64,000 bases of DNA from Planctomycetota bacterium. Lineage in GTDB: Bacteria; Planctomycetota; UBA8108; SXIK01. The position numbers and the translations under genes were made by a program. The DNA is taken from positions 4,544,001-4,608,000 of the forward strand of contig CBDCXR010000004.1 of the NCBI GenBank assembly GCA_965223845.1, read 5' to 3'. Numbering within the stretch: position 1 is the stretch's first letter; each line of letters begins with the position of its first letter. Of this stretch, positions 1 to 8,812 are shown piece after piece. The notes below the pieces were generated by a model. That model was not told where the DNA came from, did not search any database, and saw nothing but the letters and a program-made list of their open reading frames with translations.

Positions 1-3000
1 AATGGACTCGAAGAGGACATCACGATCGCGACCGCTTCCGGATCGCGCGTTCAGACTTGGTCTTACCCGAGCTCGTCTCAGTGCCTCACCTGTCACAACA
101 CGAGCGCGGAACACGTCCTAGGCATCAAGACGCGCCAGCTCAATCGCGATTTCGCGTATCCCCTCTCCGGAGTCACCGACAATCAACTTCGCGCGTGGAA
201 CCACATCGGTCTCTTCGATCCACCGGTGAACGAGCTCGACATCCCCACGTTCGCGAGTCTAGTGACGGCAACCGACACGAGCGCGACGCTCGAGCACCGC
301 GTCCGCTCCTACATCGACGCGAATTGCGGCCACTGCCATCGTCCCGGACACGTTCAGGCGTTCTTCGATGCGCGCTTCGACACTCCGCTCGCGCAACAAG
401 GCCTCATCGACGGCGTGGTCGGGAACGACCTCGGCATCGACAACGCCGCGGTGATCCGCGCGAAGGATCGACACCGGTCGCTTCTTTATGTCCGCGACAA
501 CAGCCTCGATCCGTTCGTGAAGATGCCTCCGCTCGCGAAGAACACCATCGATGAGGACTGGATCGCCACGCTCGACGCGTGGATCGACAGCCTCCCCGGA
601 ACGCCAGCGCTCGATCCGCCGGTAGTGTCGCCCGCCGGAGGCAACTTCGACGAAATGGTCGACGTTACGATCACGGCCGCCGTGGGCTCCGACATCTATT
701 ACACGCTCAACGGAAGCGCTCCCGACACGAGTTCGACTCTTTACACGGGCACCTTCACGCTGACCTCGAGCGCGACCGTGCGCGCGCGCGCCTACCAGTC
801 CGGCTTCGTGGAAAGCGTGGTCGCGTCGGCCGACTTCGTGGTGACGAATTTCCGCGCGCCGGAAAATCCGACGGGAGTCGCCGCGGGCGTCAACTATGAA
901 CAGTACCTCGGAACCTGGGACTTCCTCCCCGACTTCGACGCGATGACCGCGGATGAAGTCGGCATTCGCCCCAACTTCGACATCTCACCCCGTATTCAGA
1001 ACGACAACTTCGGCTTCCGCTTCACCGGCTTCATCGACATTCCGCAGACCGGGATCTACACCTTCTACACGAATTCCGATGACGGCAGTCAGCTCTTCAT
1101 CGGAAGCCAGCTGGTCGTCGACAACGACGGTCTCCACGCACCCGCGGAGACGTCGGGACAGATCGCGCTCGCGGCGGGACTTCATGCGATCACGGTCACC
1201 TTCTTCGAGAAGGGTGGCGGCGAGGTCCTCGAAGTTCGCTACGAGGGTCCGGGGCTCGCAAAGAGTCTCGTTCCCGACAGCGCGCTCTACCACGAGAAGA
1301 TCCCGGCGACGGTGAACCTCTCCGACCTCACCGTTGTTTACGACGGCAATCCCGTCAGCATGACGGCGACGACGAATCCGCCGGGACTCACGGTCGACAT
1401 CACGTACGACGGGTCGCCGTTAGCGCCGACGGATGCGGGAGTCTATTCCGTCGTCGGAACGATTAACGATCCGGACTACCAAGGGAGCGCGACGGCCACA
1501 CTCACGATCGATCCTGCGCTCGCGACGATCGTGCTCGCAGGTTTGAATCCGACGTACGATGGAACCCCGAAACCCATCTCCGCGACCACGACACCGCCGG
1601 GGCTCGTCGTTTCCATCACGTACGACGGCGGCGCAGTCGCTCCCACCGACGCCGGCGGCTACGCGGTGGTCGCCGATGTGATCGACGCCAACTACACCGG
1701 AACGACGGCGGACACCCTCGTCATCGATCCCGCCTCGGCAACGATTGCGCTGTCAGGACTCAACCAGACCTACGACGGCTCCCCCCGAACGGTCACCGCG
1801 ACCACCACGCCCGCCGGACTCGCCGTCGACATCACCTACGACGGCTCCACCTCCGCGCCCACGGACGCCGGGAGCTACGGCGTGTCGGCGGTCGTCACAG
1901 ACTCGAACTACACGGGAACGGCGAACGACACGCTCGTCGTCGATCCCGCCTCGGCAACGATCGCGCTGTCGGGTCTCGCTCAGACGTACGACGGGACGCC
2001 GCGTGTCGTCACCGCGACGACCACTCCCGCCGGGCTCGCGGTCTCGTTGACGTACGACGGCTCCGCGTCCGCCCCCACGAACTCCGGAAGCTACGCCGTC
2101 ACAGCCACGATCACCGACGCCAACCACACCGGTTCGGCGAACGGGACGCTCACCGTCGCGCCGGCCGCCGCGACGATCTCCCTCTCCGGTCTCAGCCAGA
2201 CCTACGACGGTACGCCGAAGAGCGCGATCGCTACGACCACTCCGCCGGGACTCGCAGTGTCGATGACCTACGACGGATCCTCCACCCCGCCGGTGGGCGC
2301 AGGCAGCTACAGCGTCGATGCGACGATCACCGATCTCAATTACACGGGCTCCTCGTCCGGCACCCTCGTCATCGGTCCCGCTGCCGCGACCGTCTCGCTG
2401 AGCGGTCTCGCGCAGACCTACGACGGTTCGCCGCGCGTCGTCTCCGCGACCACCGTTCCCGCCGGGCTCACCGTCGACATCACCTACGACGGCTCCGCCG
2501 CGGCTCCGACCGACGCCGGTAACTACGCGATCGACGCCGTGGTGAACGACGCAAACTACGCGGGATCGGCTTCCGGCACGCTCGTCGTCTCTCAGGGAAC
2601 GGCGACCGTCTCTCTCGCCGATCTCGCGCAGACCTACGACGGCTCGCCGCGCGTCGTCTCCGCGACCACCGTTCCCGCCGGGCTCACCGTCGACATCACC
2701 TACGACGGCTCGACCACCGCGCCGGTCGACGCGGGGAGCTACAGCGTCGCTGCGACCGTGAACGATCCGAACTACAGCGGTTCGAATTCTGGCACGCTCG
2801 TCGTCAGCCAGGCCGCCGCGACGGTCACTCTCGGAGGACTCGCGCAGACCTTTGACGGGACTCCTCGCATTGTCCCCGCGACCACCACGCCCGCAGGGCT
2901 CGCGGTCGACGTTACCTACAACGGCTCCGCCACCGCACCGACCGACGCCGGTAGTTACAGCGTGGCCGCAACCGTAAACGACTCGAACTACACCGGATCC

Positions 3001-6000
3001 GCTTCCGACACTCTGGTCGTCAGCCAGGCCGCCGCGACGGTCACGCTTTCCGGTCTCAGTCAGACCTACGACGGAGGCCCGCGCGTCGTTACCGCGACCA
3101 CGACACCCGCGGGGCTCACGGTCGACATCACCTACAACGGATCGAGCACCGCTCCCACCGATGCCGGCAGCTACAGCGTCTCGGCAACGGTGAACGACAC
3201 GAACTACACCGGATCGAACGCTGGTACGCTCGTCGTCAGCCAGGCCAGCGCGACGGTTGCTCTCAGCGGGCTCGCTCAGACCTACGACGGAAGCCCGCGC
3301 GTCGTTACCGCGACCACGACACCCACGGGGCTCACGGTCGACATCACCTACAACGGCTCTGCCACCGCTCCGACCGACGCCGGTAGCTACAGCGTCTCGG
3401 CAACGGTGAACGACACGAACTACACCGGGTCGAACGCCGGCACGCTCGTCGTCAGTCAGGCCGCGGCGACCATATCTCTCGGCGGACTTGCGCAGACCTA
3501 CGACGGGGGCCCGCGCGTCGTCTCCGCGACAACGACACCCGCAGGACTTTCAGTCGACATCACCTACGACGGGTCGAGCACCGCTCCCACCGACGCCGGC
3601 AGCTACGCCGTCTCGGCAACGGTCAACGACACCAACTACACCGGATCGGCCGCCGATACCCTCGTCGTCGCAAAGGCCGCCGCCACCGTCACCCTCTCGG
3701 GACTCACCCAGGCCTACGACGGTTCTCCCCGCATCGTCACTGCGACGACGGCGCCCGCCGGGCTCGCCGTCGACATCACCTACGACGGCTCCGCGACGCC
3801 TCCGACCGAGGTCGGCAGCTACGCCGTGAGCGCCGTCGTGAACGAGATCAACTACACCGGCTCGGCGAACGGTACGCTCGAGGTCGGAAACGGCGTCGCG
3901 ACGGTCACTCTCGGAGGGCTCGCGCAGACCTTTGACGGGACTCCCCGCATCGTCTCCGCCACCACCACGCCCGCCGGGCTCGCCGTCGACATCACCTACG
4001 ACGGTTCGGCCGTCGCTCCCACGAACGCCGGAAGCTACGCCGTCCTAGCGACGGTCAACGACCCGAACTACGTCGGCTCCGCTTCGGACACGCTCGTCGT
4101 CACTCAGGCCGGCGCGACGGTCACACTTTCCGGTCTCAGTCAGACCTACGACGGAAGCCCGCGCGTCGTCTCCGCTACAACGACACCCGCGGGGCTCACA
4201 GTCGACATCACCTACAACGGCTCTGCCACCGCTCCGATCGATGCCGGCAGCTACAGCGTCTCGGCAACGGTCAACGACACCAACTACACCGGATCGAACG
4301 CTGGTACGCTCGTCGTCAGCCAGGCCAGCGCGACAGTCGCTCTCGGCGGACTCGCTCAGACCTATGACGGAAGCCCGCGCATCGTCTCCGCCACCACCAC
4401 ACCCGCAGGGCTCACCGTCGACATCACCTACGACGGTTCGAGCACCGCTCCCACCGACGCCGGTAGCTACAGCGTCTCGGCAACGGTGAACGACACGAAC
4501 TACACCGGGTCGAACGCCGGCACGCTCGTCGTCAGTCAGGCCGCGGCGACCATATCTCTCGGCGGACTCGCGCAAACCTTCGATGGGACCCCGCGCGTCG
4601 TCTCCGCGACCACCACGCCCGCCGGGCTCACCGTCGACATCACCTACGACGGATCGAGCACCGCTCCCACCGACGCCGGTAGCTACGCCGTCTCGGCCAC
4701 CGTCAACGACACCAACTACACCGGATCCGCCGCCGATACCCTCGTCGTCGCGAAGGCCACCGCCACCGTAACGCTCTCGGGACTCACTCAGGCCTACGAC
4801 GGTTCTCCCCGCATCGTCACTGCGACGACGGCTCCCGCCGGGCTCGCGGTCGACATCACCTACGACGGCTCCGCGACGCCTCCAACCGAGGTCGGCAGCT
4901 ACGCCGTGAGCGCCGTCGTGAACGAGATCAACTACACCGGATCGGCATCGGGCACCTTGACGGTCGAAGCGGCGAGTCCCGAAGTGTCGTTCGAGACCGG
5001 AATCGCGACCGGAGTCGGAACGGACGCGTGGACGACGGTGAATCTCTCGCGCCTGTACAGCGCGATGGTTGTCGTGTGCACACCGGTCGTTCCCGGCTCG
5101 TTCGCGCCGATCGTCGCTCGCGTCCAAAATGCGGCGGGAAGCTCGTTCGACCTGCGGGCGGCGAGACTCGACGGGTCCACGACGGCCATCACCGGAATCT
5201 CCTTCCACTACTTCGTCGTCGAGGCGGGCGTCTACACAACGGCCGTTCACGGCGTGACGATGGAGGCCGTGCGATTCGATTCGGTCCGCACGGATGAGAA
5301 CAACTCCTGGCTCGGCGAGCAGCGCACCTACGCGAACAGTTACACCGCGCCCGTCGTCCTCGGGCAAGTGATGACCGCCAACGACTCGAGGTTCTCGGTG
5401 TTCTGGGCGCGCGGGGGCGGCGTGGCGAGCGCTCCTTCGAGCTCCGACTTCTGGGTCGGGAAGCACGTCGCTGAGGATCCCGTCACAACGCGCGCGAACG
5501 AGACGATCGGCTATCTCGTATTCGAAACGGGATCGGGAATGATCGGAGACGTCCCGTTCATCGCCGGAGTCGGCTCGGATTCGATCCTCGGTACGGGCAA
5601 TTCGCCACCCTACACGTATCCGATCTCCGGACTGCCGACGAATGCCGCGACGGTAACTCTGAGCAGCGCCGGAATGGATGGGAACAACGGCGGCTGGCCC
5701 GTTCTCTACGGACCTACGCCGTTCAGCGCGTCTCACATCGACCTCGCGATCGACGAAGACCTTCTCGGCGATACCGAGAGGTCGCACACGAACGAGCAAG
5801 TCGCCTACCTCGTCTGCGGTACCTCGCTCAACGTGCCGCCGACGGTGGAGCTCTTCGCCGCGAGCCCGGTGGTCATCTTCGAGGGTGAGAGTACGCTTCT
5901 CGAATGGGAGACGACGAACGCGACGAACGTCAGCATCGATCAGGGCGTCGGCGGTGTCGGCGTCGATGGGTCGATCGTGGTGACACCGACCCAGACGACT

Positions 6001-6915
6001 CAGTACACGCTGACCGCGACGGGCCCGGCGGGCTCGGTGGAGGCGAGTGCGACGGTGACGGTGCAACCGGCACCTCAGATCGCGTTCGAGCGGGGCGTCG
6101 TGACGGGGCTCAGCAGCTCGAGCTGGACCGTCGTCAACCTGAGCGAGTCCTACGCGTCGATGGTCGTCGTCTGCACTCCGAACTACGACAGCTCATCGCC
6201 TCCGATCGTCATCCGAGTTCGCAACGCGACGGGAAGCAGCTTCGAAGCGCAGGCCGCTCGCGTCGACGGATCGACCGCGACGCTCTCGGGAATCAGTGCT
6301 CACTACATGGTGATCGAGGAGGGTGTTTACACTGACGGCACTCATGGCGTAAAGCTCGAAGCCGTCCGGACGACGTCAGCGGTAACGGACAACGCGAGCT
6401 CGTGGGTCGGAGAAAGCCGCGGCTACGCGAACGCGTACACGAATCCGGTCGTTCTCGGACAGGTGGTGACCGCGAATGATGGCGACTTCTCGGTGTTTTG
6501 GTGCCGCGGCTCCTCGCGGCAGAACCCGCCGTCGTCATCGGAGCTGTGGGTCGGAAAGCACGTAGCCGAAGATTCCGACACGACCCGCGTCGCCGAGGAG
6601 ATCGCCTATGTCGTGGTCGAGGCCGGAGCCGATCGGATCGGCGACGTCTCCTTCGTCGCGGGACTCGGCGCGGACAGCGTCCGCTCGATGGACAACAGCC
6701 CACCGTATTCCTATTCGATCGCCGGTCTCGCCACTGCGTCCGTCGGCATTGCGACGCAAGCGGCGATGGACGGCGGGAACGGATCCTGGGCGATTCTCTA
6801 CGGGGCGAACCCGGTCCGTGCGACGCAGCTGCAGCTCGTTGTCGATGAGGATCAGCTCAAGGACTCCGAACGGAAGCACACCGCGGAGCAAGTGGGCTAC
6901 ATCATCTTCGAGTGA
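1..6915 (+). CDS. Giant surface protein, 5'-truncated by the window: diheme cytochrome c module (SO2930/HNE_0200-like), Fn3-associated/CHB_HEX_C-like domain, PA14, 17 MBG-like repeats, duplicated C-terminal lectin-like domains
   Basis: Frame 1 is open from base 1, so the track start at 226 is internal. CLTCH at 82-96, CGHCH at 325-339, MPPL distal-ligand motif, DIYYTLNGSAP, PA14 motifs (FGFRFTGFI, SDDGSQL, VDNDGLH, FFEKGGG). TGA at 6913-6915. Confidence 0.9.
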   Translation, partial: NGLEEDITIATASGSRVQTWSYPSSSQCLTCHNTSAEHVLGIKTRQLNRDFAYPLSGVTDNQLRAWNHIGLFDPPVNELDIPTFASLVTATDTSATLEHRVRSYIDANCGHCHRPGHVQAFFDARFDTPLAQQGLIDGVVGNDLGIDNAAVIRAKDRHRSLLYVRDNSLDPFVKMPPLAKNTIDEDWIATLDAWIDSLPGTPALDPPVVSPAGGNFDEMVDVTITAAVGSDIYYTLNGSAPDTSSTLYTGTFTLTSSATVRARAYQSGFVESVVASADFVVTNFRAPENPTGVAAGVNYEQYLGTWDFLPDFDAMTADEVGIRPNFDISPRIQNDNFGFRFTGFIDIPQTGIYTFYTNSDDGSQLFIGSQLVVDNDGLHAPAETSGQIALAAGLHAITVTFFEKGGGEVLEVRYEGPGLAKSLVPDSALYHEKIPATVNLSDLTVVYDGNPVSMTATTNPPGLTVDITYDGSPLAPTDAGVYSVVGTINDPDYQGSATATLTIDPALATIVLAGLNPTYDGTPKPISATTTPPGLVVSITYDGGAVAPTDAGGYAVVADVIDANYTGTTADTLVIDPASATIALSGLNQTYDGSPRTVTATTTPAGLAVDITYDGSTSAPTDAGSYGVSAVVTDSNYTGTANDTLVVDPASATIALSGLAQTYDGTPRVVTATTTPAGLAVSLTYDGSASAPTNSGSYAVTATITDANHTGSANGTLTVAPAAATISLSGLSQTYDGTPKSAIATTTPPGLAVSMTYDGSSTPPVGAGSYSVDATITDLNYTGSSSGTLVIGPAAATVSLSGLAQTYDGSPRVVSATTVPAGLTVDITYDGSAAAPTDAGNYAIDAVVNDANYAGSASGTLVVSQGTATVSLADLAQTYDGSPRVVSATTVPAGLTVDITYDGSTTAPVDAGSYSVAATVNDPNYSGSNSGTLVVSQAAATVTLGGLAQTFDGTPRIVPATTTPAGLAVDVTYNGSATAPTDAGSYSVAATVNDSNYTGSASDTLVVSQAAATVTLSGLSQTYDGGPRVVTATTTPAGLTVDITYNGSSTAPTDAGSYSVSATVNDTNYTGSNAGTLVVSQASATVALSGLAQTYDGSPRVVTATTTPTGLTVDITYNGSATAPTDAGSYSVSATVNDTNYTGSNAGTLVVSQAAATISLGGLAQTYDGGPRVVSATTTPAGLSVDITYDGSSTAPTDAGSYAVSATVNDTNYTGSAADTLVVAKAAATVTLSGLTQAYDGSPRIVTATTAPAGLAVDITYDGSATPPTEVGSYAVSAVVNEINYTGSANGTLEVGNGVATVTLGGLAQTFDGTPRIVSATTTPAGLAVDITYDGSAVAPTNAGSYAVLATVNDPNYVGSASDTLVVTQAGATVTLSGLSQTYDGSPRVVSATTTPAGLTVDITYNGSATAPIDAGSYSVSATVNDTNYTGSNAGTLVVSQASATVALGGLAQTYDGSPRIVSATTTPAGLTVDITYDGSSTAPTDAGSYSVSATVNDTNYTGSNAGTLVVSQAAATISLGGLAQTFDGTPRVVSATTTPAGLTVDITYDGSSTAPTDAGSYAVSATVNDTNYTGSAADTLVVAKATATVTLSGLTQAYDGSPRIVTATTAPAGLAVDITYDGSATPPTEVGSYAVSAVVNEINYTGSASGTLTVEAASPEVSFETGIATGVGTDAWTTVNLSRLYSAMVVVCTPVVPGSFAPIVARVQNAAGSSFDLRAARLDGSTTAITGISFHYFVVEAGVYTTAVHGVTMEAVRFDSVRTDENNSWLGEQRTYANSYTAPVVLGQVMTANDSRFSVFWARGGGVASAPSSSDFWVGKHVAEDPVTTRANETIGYLVFETGSGMIGDVPFIAGVGSDSILGTGNSPPYTYPISGLPTNAATVTLSSAGMDGNNGGWPVLYGPTPFSASHIDLAIDEDLLGDTERSHTNEQVAYLVCGTSLNVPPTVELFAASPVVIFEGESTLLEWETTNATNVSIDQGVGGVGVDGSIVVTPTQTTQYTLTATGPAGSVEASATVTVQPAPQIAFERGVVTGLSSSSWTVVNLSESYASMVVVCTPNYDSSSPPIVIRVRNATGSSFEAQAARVDGSTATLSGISAHYMVIEEGVYTDGTHGVKLEAVRTTSAVTDNASSWVGESRGYANAYTNPVVLGQVVTANDGDFSVFWCRGSSRQNPPSSSELWVGKHVAEDSDTTRVAEEIAYVVVEAGADRIGDVSFVAGLGADSVRSMDNSPPYSYSIAGLATASVGIATQAAMDGGNGSWAILYGANPVRATQLQLVVDEDQLKDSERKHTAEQVGYIIFE
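1306..4977 (+). repeat. Intragenic tandem array of 17 x 216 bp (72 aa) MBG-like Ig repeats
   Basis: Unit consensus ATVTLSGLxQTYDGxPRxVxATTxPAGLxVDITYDGSxxAPTDAGSYxVxATVNDxNYTGSxxxTLVV; 17 units counted, and 17 x 216 spans 1306-4977 exactly. Confidence 0.93.
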
Positions 6916-6966
6916 TGACGAGATTCGCGTCGTCGCCGCGTTTTTCCGCGCGCGACGACGCGAATC

Positions 6967-8808
6967 TCAGCGCACTTCGAGCTCGACCGGCGCAGGGTCG
7001 CCGTCCGGCGGGATCTCGATCGTCGCGCGAGCGGGTCGGAGCGCGACTCCGCTCGCGGTTACAGTGCACGCGCCCGGCCCGAAGCCCGACACGGTAAACC
7101 GTCCGGCGGCGTCCGTGATCGTCTGGGCGTAGAGCGTGCTCTGAATCCACTCCGTGCGCTGGCTCCACGAGACGACGATTCGTGCGCCCCCGACCGGCGA
7201 GTCGTTCGGGAGTTTGACCCGACCCGTGACGCGACGATCCCCGACTCCGATCGGGACCGTTGCGCTCAGCTCGCGCCCCGGTTCGAGTCGGAGGCCGCGC
7301 ACCGTGACCTTCGGCGTAGTCCGCGTCTCGAGCGTCAACTCGCCCGCGGGAACGCCCTCCGCGCGAAACCGTCCATCGGTGCCCGATGTCACCGCGGCGG
7401 AATTCGCGCGCGCTCGGGCGCTCCGAATGAAGAGGGCAAAATCGGGAATTGGTTGCGCCGCACCATCGACGAGTGTGACGTTCAGATTGCCGATCGCGAT
7501 CGGCTCGAGCGTGACGTCCACGCGATGCATCCCGAGAGACACGCTGAGATCTTCGATCGCGCGATCGGCGTACGTGTGCGCCGGGTACACCGTGAGAACG
7601 TAGTCGTCCGCGATTCGAACTTCGTCGAAGCGGAAGCTGCCGTCCGCGTTCGCGACCGCTTGGTATCGCGTTTGTCGCGATTCGCTCGCGAGGTGAAGAG
7701 ACTCGCCCGGGACGACGGTGCCGTCGGCGCCGGCGAGGATTCCCCGAAGAACACCGAGATCACTCACCTTCGTAAGCTCGAACGAGACATCGAGTCGCGA
7801 TCCCGTGGGGCGATCTCCCGGCGCGACACTTTTGTAGCGATCGCCGTAGCCCGCCTTCTTCGCGGTGATGGCGATCTGGAAACCCGGAGCGGTCGTGTAG
7901 AGGACGTCTAGTTCGTAGCGACCGGATTCGTCGGTCGTCGTGCGCTCACCCCCCGTCCCGGTGATGCCGACTCCTGGGATCGGCGAACCACTCTCGTCCG
8001 CTACGGTTCCCGAGACGATGAATCTGCTCTCCCGGTGGAGTACGAGCGCGAGATCGCTCGCGGGCGCAAGCACTTGGCGCGGCAGCGAAGCTTCGTACTC
8101 ACCCCTCGTTGCGCGGATCCGGTACTCGACCGCGTCGAGATTCGTGATGGCAAAGGCTCCGTCTGCGCCGGTGACAACGCGCTCGAGCGCACCGCTCGTC
8201 GCGAGCTCGGGCTCGTTCGGGAGCAAACCGAGCATCGACCAATTGATTTCGGCCTCGTTGACGGGACGACCCGCGCCATCGAGCACTCGTCCCGTGATCG
8301 CGCGATCGAGCGGCCGGAGGAAGAACCGAAGCGAGCGAGATTCCCCGGGCAGGAAACGCACCGGACGTCGCGTCGACCGAGAGACAGGCCCAGGAAACTC
8401 GAGCGTCACCGAGTACTCGCCGGGCGGAATCGTCCCGAAGGAAGCAACTCCGCGCCGATTCGACCGGCTCTCGAGGCTGACTTCGTTCCGCCGTAGCGTC
8501 ACTCTTCCGCCGGCGGCGGGAGAGCCGTCCTCGTGGAACACGGAAGCCGTGAGCGCGGCCGCGTCCGCAGGTCGCGTGCGCGGCGGGTCAGCGCTCTCCG
8601 TTCCGCTCGCCGCCCCCGGCTCTGAATCCCCGACGGTGCTCTCGCCGCCGCGGACGGCATCGAGATCCGAGCCCGAGGAGATTTCGCCGTCGACTCCGGA
8701 ATCCGCGCCCTCGTCCGGCCGTTCGCCGGCCGCAAAAAACACCCAGGCGACCAACGCGAGCACGACGAGCCAGACGAGAACCCGCGTGAGAGCAGAGGAC
8801 GACGTCAC
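6967..8808 (-). CDS. Membrane-anchored protein with multiple carboxypeptidase-regulatory-like (beta-sandwich) domains
   Basis: N-terminal TM helix (VLVWLVVLALVAWVFF); repeated 'ITGRVLDGAGRPV', 'VSGTVADESGSPIPG', 'TTDESGRY' motifs. GTG at 8808 follows AAGGA and lies just after the upstream stop. Confidence 0.75.
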   Translation of the reverse strand: MTSSSALTRVLVWLVVLALVAWVFFAAGERPDEGADSGVDGEISSGSDLDAVRGGESTVGDSEPGAASGTESADPPRTRPADAAALTASVFHEDGSPAAGGRVTLRRNEVSLESRSNRRGVASFGTIPPGEYSVTLEFPGPVSRSTRRPVRFLPGESRSLRFFLRPLDRAITGRVLDGAGRPVNEAEINWSMLGLLPNEPELATSGALERVVTGADGAFAITNLDAVEYRIRATRGEYEASLPRQVLAPASDLALVLHRESRFIVSGTVADESGSPIPGVGITGTGGERTTTDESGRYELDVLYTTAPGFQIAITAKKAGYGDRYKSVAPGDRPTGSRLDVSFELTKVSDLGVLRGILAGADGTVVPGESLHLASESRQTRYQAVANADGSFRFDEVRIADDYVLTVYPAHTYADRAIEDLSVSLGMHRVDVTLEPIAIGNLNVTLVDGAAQPIPDFALFIRSARARANSAAVTSGTDGRFRAEGVPAGELTLETRTTPKVTVRGLRLEPGRELSATVPIGVGDRRVTGRVKLPNDSPVGGARIVVSWSQRTEWIQSTLYAQTITDAAGRFTVSGFGPGACTVTASGVALRPARATIEIPPDGDPAPVELEVR

Positions 8809-8812
8809 TCGC

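Noticed and set aside
1306-4977. Regular DNA repeats as a possible CRISPR array or DGR template
   Set aside because: The period is 216 bp, in frame, with synonymous-type variation and no unique spacers; no cas or reverse transcriptase gene is present.
4045-6066. Long antisense ORFs (also 22261-23682, 28997-30337, 53551-55041, 58420-60030, 62370-63956)
   Set aside because: Arg-rich shadow frames opposite well-supported genes, as expected in high-GC DNA.
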